Virus record (IMG/VR): IMGVR_UViG_3300005002_000003
Source of the DNA: an uncultured virus (IMG/VR IMGVR_UViG_3300005002_000003)
Lineage: Duplodnaviria > Heunggongvirae > Uroviricota > Caudoviricetes
Strand: one strand, 5' to 3'
Length of the DNA: 64,000 nucleotides
Below are positions 56,145 through 64,000 of the stretch, in pieces. The position numbers and the translations under genes are program-made. The stretch's first letter is position 1; each line of letters starts with the position of its first letter. Below the pieces are notes generated by a model. The model saw only the letters and a program-made list of their open reading frames with translations, made no database searches and was not told where the DNA came from.

Positions 56145-56873
56145 ATGGATTACACCTCTCACCTCCCGCCTCGTCCTGATAAAGTCGAAGTCGGTCAGGT
56201 CTGGCGGGAGATCGTCAAGCACTCCCGTTATGACGAGCTTACTCTCGATGTGATATGGCTAGTTTTATCCGAGGTCTCTATCATGCGACTTGGTGGTAGC
56301 TATGGCCACCCTACTCCAGCAGGCGGCGCGCTGGTCTTCGAAGTCCCCACGAAATCGGAGGTGTGGCAATTACTATCCCTCCCACGCATAGAATTCAAAC
56401 CCGGACAGCTCTGGTATAACAGAGCTACCATGAAGCTGTTCCGCGCAGAGAGCAAACGAGGTACATTCTATCTCAGCGGTGACTGGCACCTCATTGAGGA
56501 TGCGCCATCTGACGCGAACCTTAATCTATCTGAAACAAAAAATAAAGGAGAAAACAAAATGTTCACACAAACACACAGGGTTTCAGACGTGGTGCTGAAG
56601 CAGATCGATCGGGAAACCATTGCAGACTCGGCGCAGGAGCTGGCACAGTTGTTTGGATACGTATCCGTTACCCATGACGACAGACTGACTCCTCGTTTTC
56701 GCATACCGGGTAAACTTGTGGGAGGTATCGACGTCACCCCGGAAGAAGTAGAAAAATTGTTTCGCGACCGCATTGTGGGCAACTCCGATCTCACAGTTCT
56801 CAACGCCGCATGCGGCTTTGGGATTGTGGAAAGAGTGGTCTTCGAAGAAATCAAGGAAGGAGATCGCCGATGA
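56145..56873 (+). CDS. Mosaic protein with internal start at 56559, paralogous to 36135..37256
   Basis: EVGQVWR; FRIPGKLVG domain; AAAGGAG SD before MFTQ. Confidence 0.7.
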   Translation: MDYTSHLPPRPDKVEVGQVWREIVKHSRYDELTLDVIWLVLSEVSIMRLGGSYGHPTPAGGALVFEVPTKSEVWQLLSLPRIEFKPGQLWYNRATMKLFRAESKRGTFYLSGDWHLIEDAPSDANLNLSETKNKGENKMFTQTHRVSDVVLKQIDRETIADSAQELAQLFGYVSVTHDDRLTPRFRIPGKLVGGIDVTPEEVEKLFRDRIVGNSDLTVLNAACGFGIVERVVFEEIKEGDRR

Positions 56874-57184
56874 AAGCAATCCGTAAACTCCTATTGCGCT
56901 TGCTCCAGAAGGAGCAACGCTGGGTAAGCGGCATGATGGAAGGCTACAACACCGAGGAGCCCGCAGGAGAACCGTCGCTTACCATATCATCGCCCTTCTC
57001 GATCTCCTCTTGCTCCAACTGTCCCTTTCGTATCATAGACCCGGAACACGTCTTTTGTGGATTACCGGGTTCCCGTCGTGACAAGAATGTCACGAAGTTT
57101 TATGACAACGATACACTGCCTAAGTGGTGTCCTCTGCCAGAGTCTCTCGATCGTGATCTCGTAGTGCAGAGATATAAATCATGA
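56870..57184 (+). CDS. Small Cys-rich protein
   Basis: ISSCSNCPF...LPKWCPL; AAGGAG SD. Confidence 0.6.
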   Translation: MKAIRKLLLRLLQKEQRWVSGMMEGYNTEEPAGEPSLTISSPFSISSCSNCPFRIIDPEHVFCGLPGSRRDKNVTKFYDNDTLPKWCPLPESLDRDLVVQRYKS

Positions 57185-57609
57185 AGCACTACCATTACAC
57201 ATTTGATGTGGACTTCAAGGCGGCAGGCGAGGACAACGACTTCAGCCATGCGCAGAAGCTATACGCTGTTTTGATGGAGGCTTTCGAAATTCTGTTGGGT
57301 AGGATTCGATACCATCAGCCTTTTGCTTACCCGCTCTTTGCGAATATCGAAGTCTCGCCCCGTGTGATGACCTATGTCAGAAAGCTGGCGTGCTACAAGA
57401 AAAGCGAACTCAGGTTGCCGCTTCCCGTGGTTGCGACAAATGTTATCGTTCTTCCTGAAGATTCGTCCAGTGAGATTCATGGTTATTACTCCTTTGTTAT
57501 GACAAAGCATCGCAGTTTGAATCGCGGTCTTGACGAGGGAGATAACGAGGCGGGATTTTCGATATATCTGGAAAACTACGATACTGTCTATCCGGGAGAA
57601 CCTCAATGA
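57181..57609 (+). CDS. Hypothetical protein
   Basis: ATGA-coupled. Confidence 0.6.
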   Translation: MKHYHYTFDVDFKAAGEDNDFSHAQKLYAVLMEAFEILLGRIRYHQPFAYPLFANIEVSPRVMTYVRKLACYKKSELRLPLPVVATNVIVLPEDSSSEIHGYYSFVMTKHRSLNRGLDEGDNEAGFSIYLENYDTVYPGEPQ

Positions 57610-57663
57610 GTGAAACCCATGACACGAACTGTGGGCCCCTCAGAGCACAGCAGGAGAAGAGTA

Positions 57664-58095
57664 ATGAAGCGTGATTACAGTCTGTTACGAGCAGTGATCT
57701 ATTTCGCAGAGCAGAAACTCAGGGAGACCTGGTGGCTCTGGCTCTATATCGGGATATTGATCCCCGTAGAATACATGGGGAGCGAGCTAAAGTGCCCCAA
57801 TTGCGGAGACTCGGGTTGGCTGGAGTTTCTTCTCCTCAGAGTGCTCTTGCTACCAATCGTTGCCACCCTGATCTTCAGCATGTCGGTCCTTGCACTACTC
57901 GCCGTGCTCCTAGTGAAAGACTTCTTCCCTGGCTGGATCAGGGAGTTTCTTCTTTGGATAAAGAGGAACTGGGCGCAGGCAAAAGTCAGGGCGAAGTATA
58001 ACTCGCCGGTAGAAGAATCCCAGTCCGTACCGGGCCCCGTAGTGAAGGTCAAGCGTGGGAGAGCGAGACGTTCCTCAGCAGGAGAGCCGAAATGA
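57664..58095 (+). CDS. Membrane protein
   Basis: AGGAG SD, two hydrophobic segments. Confidence 0.6.
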   Translation: MKRDYSLLRAVIYFAEQKLRETWWLWLYIGILIPVEYMGSELKCPNCGDSGWLEFLLLRVLLLPIVATLIFSMSVLALLAVLLVKDFFPGWIREFLLWIKRNWAQAKVRAKYNSPVEESQSVPGPVVKVKRGRARRSSAGEPK

Positions 58096-58889
58096 AATCT
58101 TTCTCCCTGATTGTGTTCCTTGCGCTGTGCATAACCTGTCAAGAGGAGCCCGCAACGGCTTTGACTTGCAGGGAAACCGAGACAGCTGACAGCGTGATAT
58201 CACGGCGCCAGTGGATTCTGGATTGTGTGAAGACTCAGACGTCATCACTGCAAACCTCAGCGGCTCAGCTGGAGCAGAAAGAAGACATCATTGATGAGTG
58301 CGCAGACCATTCCTTGAAGTTGCGCGTGACTACCTGTGAGCCTCAACTCGAAGTCTATGAATGGCGCAGGCTACAGGGACTGCGCGGGCTTCAGCGAGAA
58401 ATCCGTACAGGGGCAGGCCTGCGGCCGCGCGCGACTCTATTACGAGTCCACGGGAAGGCTTCCCCGTGGAAAGGAGTCGGCGAAGAAATGAGCAAACCCG
58501 GAAAGCCCAGTCACATAGATAAGTTGCACGCATTGCAGGAGTCCGGCTTGTTGCAGGAACTCTGTGACTATGCGGACTTCGCCCCCCAGAAGCTGGTAGC
58601 CGCCTACCGGGCGGTATCGCAGAGTCAGTTGCCAGCGGAGGCCTTGTTGACATCGCTTGACGCACTGGACTCCGAATGCCAGCGGCTGGGCCTGGAGTTT
58701 GATCTCGGTCACACTATGTTTTGCGGCCAGCGGATGAGAGATTTCCACGTCAGGAAGTCTGACCAGACCGGCGACCCCATCTGGTTGTCAGTGGAACAAC
58801 GCAGTGAATTCCAGCACGGACTTGCGGGCCTGCTGATTGCCATGACGTGTGTGTTAACCTGGCGGGGGTCTAAGCCTGACTGGGAATGA
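58092..58889 (+). CDS. Apparent fusion of a putative lipoprotein and a second gene starting at 58488
   Basis: Signal peptide ending in Cys; AAGGAG SD plus in-frame ATG at 58488. Confidence 0.6.
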   Translation: MKSFSLIVFLALCITCQEEPATALTCRETETADSVISRRQWILDCVKTQTSSLQTSAAQLEQKEDIIDECADHSLKLRVTTCEPQLEVYEWRRLQGLRGLQREIRTGAGLRPRATLLRVHGKASPWKGVGEEMSKPGKPSHIDKLHALQESGLLQELCDYADFAPQKLVAAYRAVSQSQLPAEALLTSLDALDSECQRLGLEFDLGHTMFCGQRMRDFHVRKSDQTGDPIWLSVEQRSEFQHGLAGLLIAMTCVLTWRGSKPDWE

Positions 58890-58914
58890 GGGCGCCTCCT
58901 ACTCCTAATGATCT

Positions 58915-59055
58915 GAAAACCTCCGCGCTATGGTGCGGAGCGCGAAATTCCACGCCGGGGTTTCTGCTGTCGTCGCCGGAGATTCTCCGGTCCCCTCGGG
59001 GTTACGACCCCGGGGATGTTGTCTCCGCCCGCTAGACATAGCGGGCATTTTTTTT
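58915..59055 (+). ncRNA. Candidate structured small RNA
   Basis: CTAA at 58905, three GC-rich hairpins and a terminator in a non-coding gap. Confidence 0.55.
59027..59055 (+). terminator. Intrinsic terminator
   Basis: GCCCGCTA-GACA-TAGCGGGC-A-T8. Confidence 0.88.
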
Positions 59056-59070
59056 GCCCACTAAAGCTAC

Positions 59071-60564
59071 ATGCCATTCCAAGCCTCCCGCGATCCGGGG
59101 AAAAACATCTCTCATCTCAAACACAGCAAGCACGGGAAGAAAATGAAGCCCGAGCAACGCCTGGCGGCGGGCCTCACCATGGCGCGTAAAGCCGGCGCCG
59201 ATATTCCGGAGAAAGTCGAGGAAAGTCGCACGCTGTTTATCGACGGCCGGCAGGCTTTCAATGCCAGGGGCCAGAAGATCGCAACTCTGGAGTCCCTTCA
59301 GCACGGCTTTGAGATCGCCGCCATGCGGGGCTTCTCGGAGGTTGTGGATGTCCGAAGCAAGGCGCGATACGTGGAAGCCAAAGGAAAATTACAGGAAGGC
59401 GGCGGTGCCGGCGTCCAGGTGTTTTTCAAAGCGCACCTCACGCCAGCTGGTAAACCCGACACTTACTCCATGCGAGGAGAAATCCAACTGATATCTTACA
59501 ACGATTCAATCTCCTCAGAAGACGAGAGGAACGACGAGATTGACCTCGGCACCATCAAAGTCAAATTACATCCTGAAGTTGTGAAAGAACTGCGCCAGAA
59601 AATGCGTAGCGAACAGCAACTCACCACAAAGAAGTTCAGCCAGACTATTCGCATCACCCATGCTGAGTCGCATGGCTTCGTAGTGAGTGGCGGCTGGATT
59701 CGCAAGCCACTTCCCGACAGTGTCTCTACGCCCGGTGGAAGTACTTCTTCAGCATTTCTCTCCGTGGAAGTAACCTACGGGCACGACATGATTGTTCAGG
59801 AAGAATCCAACTTGTGGACTTGGTATCCATCCGAAGACGTGAAGGGACTGTACGCAGTCCTCGATAGTTTTGATGACGAAGAGGAACTTACTGAGAGCGT
59901 GCAGGACACCAAAGTAGAGGAAAGTCGCACACTGTTCATGGTCCAAAGCAAGGCGCGATACGTGGAGGCTCATGCAGATGTCCCTGCCTTACAGAAGCGC
60001 ACAGCAGACGCGGTCCAGAAATTTGGAGACCTGGCGGCAACCGCTGAGAAACATCTGGCAGACGCCACCTCACAGCCCACTTATGTAAGTGAGCTGGAAA
60101 CCGTTTATCAGGCAACTTCAGAACAGTTTCTGAAGGGCGTTACACTTATGGAGCAGGCCTCAAAAGGGCTCTATCGATTTCTGTATTCCCCTGATGACGT
60201 GAGCGAAATCATGTCATCTCTCACCGAGAGCGCGCAGGACACCTTGAAGAAAGACGTCGTGGCGTACTTCACAGCGAAAATGCCAGAAGAAGTCCAGCAG
60301 GCCTGGGCAAACGCCAGCGCCAATCTCATGCACGGTCCCTCCGCCGGAGAGGGCACCTTCCAGAGCAACACGGCAATTGTCAAGGAATGGGCAGACGCCA
60401 ATATCTTCGATGTCTATTACGACGAGCAAACCGGAGAAGTAATGACCGACGAGCCGCAAGGCTTCGAAGACGGCGATGAGTGGGTTGAGCCCGGAGAATA
60501 CTGGCAGATTGACGGCTATGATGCCAAACGCTGGGTATTTGGCGAACTTGCGCGTTACGTATGA
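59071..60564 (+). CDS. Multidomain late protein, probable internal head protein
   Basis: CTAA-N6-ATG; internal duplications KVEESRTLF, SKARYVEA, LTES.QDT. Confidence 0.75.
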   Translation: MPFQASRDPGKNISHLKHSKHGKKMKPEQRLAAGLTMARKAGADIPEKVEESRTLFIDGRQAFNARGQKIATLESLQHGFEIAAMRGFSEVVDVRSKARYVEAKGKLQEGGGAGVQVFFKAHLTPAGKPDTYSMRGEIQLISYNDSISSEDERNDEIDLGTIKVKLHPEVVKELRQKMRSEQQLTTKKFSQTIRITHAESHGFVVSGGWIRKPLPDSVSTPGGSTSSAFLSVEVTYGHDMIVQEESNLWTWYPSEDVKGLYAVLDSFDDEEELTESVQDTKVEESRTLFMVQSKARYVEAHADVPALQKRTADAVQKFGDLAATAEKHLADATSQPTYVSELETVYQATSEQFLKGVTLMEQASKGLYRFLYSPDDVSEIMSSLTESAQDTLKKDVVAYFTAKMPEEVQQAWANASANLMHGPSAGEGTFQSNTAIVKEWADANIFDVYYDEQTGEVMTDEPQGFEDGDEWVEPGEYWQIDGYDAKRWVFGELARYV

Positions 60565-60872
60565 GAGAGACTATGATCGACTCCAGATACGCCGCAGACA
60601 TGCGTTTCCTTCGCGAGGGAGATACTGACCGCGAGATGCGCGCACTACGCGAAGGCGTAATGGATTACAAACATACGCCAACCAATCTTCAGAACTTGGC
60701 GTCCAAAAATCCACTAGCTTCGCCGCGCACATCAGGCGTCAGCGATGACGACTATCTGCGAAAGCACGGCGCCAGATTGCCGGCCCCACGCCAGGAAGAC
60801 AATCTGCTCGCCCCGGCCAACAGGCTCTGCAACTCGCGATTAAGAAAGGCCTGGTGCAGGGACACTTTGTAA
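60561..60872 (+). CDS. Small hypothetical late protein
   Basis: ATGA-coupled; MRxLREG twice. Confidence 0.55.
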   Translation: MRETMIDSRYAADMRFLREGDTDREMRALREGVMDYKHTPTNLQNLASKNPLASPRTSGVSDDDYLRKHGARLPAPRQEDNLLAPANRLCNSRLRKAWCRDTL

Positions 60873-60915
60873 AAAGGGCGTGACAAATCACGATGAGGGT
60901 TCGCACTAAACCTCT

Positions 60916-62517
60916 ATGAACTTCAGTCATCTGTCGTCCGAATTCCAACAGCCCCTTAAAGACGAACTCTGGGCACTCCAGGAACGCAAGCTTATCGAAG
61001 GCCAACACAGTCACTACACTCTGGATGAACTCCGTGCCATGCCTACTCTCAGTCAAAGTCAGGCCGACAATCTGAAGTTTGATGATGGCAGGACTCGTGT
61101 GTGGCTGTCGCGCATGAAGAAAGCCGATGGCGCGCCTTACAACAACCAGGTTACGGTAGAGGTTCTACACAATGGCCGCTGGGAGACCAGCGAAGAATAC
61201 CCGGCTGGACAGGCCCTGAACTGGGATCGGAAACGGAAGCGTCTGGATGCCAAATACGACGCAGAAGCACGGAGGCCCTCTGTTGGCGGCCATGCTCCGT
61301 ATCCGCGAGGAAGTCGTGCCGCGAAGTGGATCGGAGAAGCACGCCGGAGCACAGACATTGGCGACGGATTCTACATCCACGACAGTGGATTCGATGTCAA
61401 TGGCAACTGGCGCGTAACGATTTCCAAAGGCGCCAACCGCGCAGTGGGCATCCAGACCAACGGAAATGCAGATGCCGCACACCACAAGTCGATTCCGGAG
61501 ATCGCCGCAGACCCCAGGGCCGTGCAGGAACTCAAGGACTTCTACATGAACTTCATCCACAAGAAGAACCGCAGTAGAGGTGGCGCGGCTCAGCGCACAC
61601 TTCCAGCAGGTAGTGATGACTGGAGCGGATTCCAGGAAGCCGATGACAAGAAAGTCACTGCGCTTCAGAACCGGATCTCTGGTCTCCTTGGCCCCCAGAA
61701 CCTCAAGGCAATTGTGGAGCCCAACACCGATAAGCAAGCCGTTGTGAAGCCCGCAGAAGCACTGGAGCAAGCGGAAGAGAAGACCTGGGCGGACAAAGTC
61801 AAATCTGTTCTCACCACAGCGAAGCTGAAGTTCCAACCACAGGGAACCGCTTACTTCATCGTAGACTACCCCGAGGATCTGAAGGAGAACCGCCGGGTGT
61901 CACAAGCCGATCTCGAAGACATGATCGCGAGGTTCAATGCGGAGGGCTCCGACTTCCGTCTCGCTGGCTCCTACGGATATCTCGACCTCTGGACAAAGAC
62001 TCCAGACGGTAAGGATGTTCGCCTGGCGTCGGGAAGCCGCAAGGACATCTACGACGCTCTTGTGAAGAACCGCTTCAAGTTCCGGGAAGCGTCTCCAGTG
62101 GATACGCTCTATATCGACCTGGATAACGCAATCGACTTTCTGGAGCGTACGTTTTTCAACGAGGACGACGTCAGCTTTGAGTTAAAGAGTGCAGGCCATA
62201 ACAAGGAACTCGGTCTGCCATTCGCGATCATGAGCATTCAGATTCAGCCTTCAGGGCTAGGGCCTAGATTTGCTCCAGTCGAACTGGACGTCAAAATTCA
62301 GAAGCTACCAGGAGGCGAGATGCGATACAGTCTGGAAGCGTTACCCAGCACTCGCTTACCGCAATGGACAGCAATCATTCAAAAGAATGAAGGTGCAGTC
62401 AATAATCTTGAAGATCGCCTGGTTATGGCCGTGAAGAAAGTCCGTTCTGTCTTAAACAAACTGCTCAGTAAGACAGAGTCCAGCCGTCACGCCAAGTTCC
62501 GCGAGGTCCGAAAGTAA
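60916..62517 (+). CDS. Multidomain late protein, probable internal head protein
   Basis: CTAA-N6-ATG; small domains separated by hydrophobic-x-E motifs. Confidence 0.75.
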   Translation: MNFSHLSSEFQQPLKDELWALQERKLIEGQHSHYTLDELRAMPTLSQSQADNLKFDDGRTRVWLSRMKKADGAPYNNQVTVEVLHNGRWETSEEYPAGQALNWDRKRKRLDAKYDAEARRPSVGGHAPYPRGSRAAKWIGEARRSTDIGDGFYIHDSGFDVNGNWRVTISKGANRAVGIQTNGNADAAHHKSIPEIAADPRAVQELKDFYMNFIHKKNRSRGGAAQRTLPAGSDDWSGFQEADDKKVTALQNRISGLLGPQNLKAIVEPNTDKQAVVKPAEALEQAEEKTWADKVKSVLTTAKLKFQPQGTAYFIVDYPEDLKENRRVSQADLEDMIARFNAEGSDFRLAGSYGYLDLWTKTPDGKDVRLASGSRKDIYDALVKNRFKFREASPVDTLYIDLDNAIDFLERTFFNEDDVSFELKSAGHNKELGLPFAIMSIQIQPSGLGPRFAPVELDVKIQKLPGGEMRYSLEALPSTRLPQWTAIIQKNEGAVNNLEDRLVMAVKKVRSVLNKLLSKTESSRHAKFREVRK

Positions 62518-62825
62518 TGAAAGCCCTGCTTCTTACCCTGGCGCTGTTGTGGCCTATGGCCCTCAGCGCTCAGGAGGAACCCCAGGACAATCACGACTGG
62601 TTTGTGTTCAACGGAAAGACAGGAGAATGTATCCCCGCAATGGCGGGCACGAAGAAGCTGTCTCCGGCTCACGCGCTCAATGGCTTTCGGTGTGACGTCA
62701 AGGCCTGGGACTGGAAAGCCGGCTGGGTGGTGTTGCAATGCAATGACGCCAAGATCCAGGGCCTGTTGTTTTTCTCGCTTGACATAAATACGTGTCAGGC
62801 TATAAGGGAATCTCTGCTGTTCTGA
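62517..62825 (+). CDS. Small secreted protein
   Basis: Signal peptide MKALLLTLALLWPMALSA, four Cys. Confidence 0.65.
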   Translation: MKALLLTLALLWPMALSAQEEPQDNHDWFVFNGKTGECIPAMAGTKKLSPAHALNGFRCDVKAWDWKAGWVVLQCNDAKIQGLLFFSLDINTCQAIRESLLF

Positions 62826-62861
62826 CTACGATCTCCAGCGGCAGAAGGAGACTAAACCAGC

Positions 62862-64000
62862 ATGACTCCCTCTACTCGTGACCCCCGTGATCCTCAATAC
62901 CAGAGATACCTTCGTGCTGTAGCCGGCGCTCAGCGCGTGCTACAAGAACGCCAGGTGGTGGAAAATCTTGAGTCAGGTCAAACCGTTCAACTCTACCTCT
63001 GCTACATCGGCGACGGCTACCTGTATGGCGTCAGCGACAACGACGCCGCAAGATCCCCCAGCTACTGGGCCGGGGTAGATGAAGGCATGGACATCGTGCA
63101 GGCCACGTTCCCTGCGGCCATAGCACAAGACCTTCTGAGCTTCACGAACTCCGAGGCCTCCTCCAGCGTAGGCGACGGCTACGAGGCCGCTGATCTCGCC
63201 GCAAAGCATATGCAAAACGACACCGTCATCTACTCCAGCAAGGGCGAAGCAGAAGACGGCATGATGGAATCCGCTAGAGTGGCACAGTCTCCGGCCCCGC
63301 GATGGAACGAGTCACTGACGCATGTTCAGCAACAACTGAGTTCAATTGACCCCGCTGAGTTCGAAGCCCGCATGAACGCGGCAAAAAACTTCAAGCAACT
63401 CTCCGCAGTTCTGGATGACTACGGCATTGATATCAACCTCTCCAAACAGGGTGATACTTACCAGTGGCAGATTGCAGGCGCTCCGAAGATGTCAGCAAAT
63501 GGACGCGGGTTCCAGAAAGCTCGGACCTCCATCACTTCGCAATTGAAGCGGGACATGGTTCCCTCCGGCGCGCGGGTTAACGAAGACGGAGACAGACTCT
63601 CTGGTGATGATCCATCCTCGCTTCAGGAATCCGTAGAAGGATCATCCTTACTGATCAAAGAAGTAGCACGCGATCTTATTTCTATGTCGGTAGCGGATGC
63701 GCTGGAACGCGAAAACCATGACGCGCTATCCGATTTTGTCAGGTCTCAGGAAGACATTACGGAAACTGTGCCTATAGGGTTGCAAGAACACGGGATTGAC
63801 ATAGATAGTTACATTGCGCCAGTCGAAGAACTCGTGAGACAAATTGCAGAACAAATTGGCTCCGAAAACCTGGGCAAACTCCAGGACGTAGATGATCGAG
63901 CACTGTGGTTGGTAATAATGGGTCCGATCCTCAATCATGGCGTAGGCCCTACAGATGATCCCGCTCTGGCAACGGTTTACAAGGAGGTGGGTTCTCCTCG
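62862..64000 (+). CDS. Partial acidic multidomain late protein (runs off the window end; absent from the ORF track)
   Basis: CTAA-N6-ATG at 62862; frame MTPSTRDPRDPQYQRYLRAV... read as open to 64000. Confidence 0.75.
   Translation, partial: MTPSTRDPRDPQYQRYLRAVAGAQRVLQERQVVENLESGQTVQLYLCYIGDGYLYGVSDNDAARSPSYWAGVDEGMDIVQATFPAAIAQDLLSFTNSEASSSVGDGYEAADLAAKHMQNDTVIYSSKGEAEDGMMESARVAQSPAPRWNESLTHVQQQLSSIDPAEFEARMNAAKNFKQLSAVLDDYGIDINLSKQGDTYQWQIAGAPKMSANGRGFQKARTSITSQLKRDMVPSGARVNEDGDRLSGDDPSSLQESVEGSSLLIKEVARDLISMSVADALERENHDALSDFVRSQEDITETVPIGLQEHGIDIDSYIAPVEELVRQIAEQIGSENLGKLQDVDDRALWLVIMGPILNHGVGPTDDPALATVYKEVGSP

Noticed and set aside
58913..58947. Hammerhead ribozyme (CTGAAAA...stem...CGAAA)
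   Set aside because: The core reads CUGAAAA rather than CUGANGA, and no convincing stems I and III were found
62779..62806. Sigma70-like promoter TTGACA-16-TATAAG
   Set aside because: It lies inside a coding sequence with an imperfect -10; plausible but not supportable from sequence alone
1..64000. Stop-codon reassignment
   Set aside because: Long conserved genes are intact in the standard code, and TAG, TGA and TAA all end genes at sensible positions
1..64000. Host assignment
   Set aside because: Sigma70-like promoters, lipoprotein signals and moderate GC do not identify a host; no integrase or host flank is present in the window

Overview
The window is a 64 kb segment of a large tailed dsDNA phage genome (T4-like/jumbo-type architecture, standard genetic code), not a bacterial chromosome. 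It is densely coding, mostly minus strand up to ~24.4 kb and mostly plus strand after. Recognisable genes: family A DNA polymerase with an N-terminal UDG-like domain, DnaB/gp41-like helicase, 5'-3' exonuclease, two SSB-type proteins, DHH phosphoesterase, SbcC/gp46 ATPase, probable sliding clamp, DnaC-like ATPase, Holliday junction resolvase, T4 gp20-like portal, probable baseplate hub, endolysin and holin candidates, peptide deformylase, two tandem SpeD-like decarboxylases, two nucleotidyltransferases, HNH endonucleases, and clusters of small accessory genes. Main unexplained structure: (1) a CTAA motif 5-9 nt (mostly 6) before about 18 start codons of mainly late/virion genes, suggesting a minimal late promoter making leaderless mRNAs, with a candidate Zn-ribbon/sigma-like factor and Mor-like activator; (2) a tRNA-like, probably Y-RNA-type ncRNA transcribed with a truncated Ro60/TROVE gene; (3) a structured ~140 nt ncRNA between a CTAA motif and a terminator; (4) non-canonical active-site residues in the polymerase. 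All functional calls come from motif recognition by eye; no database search or folding program was run.
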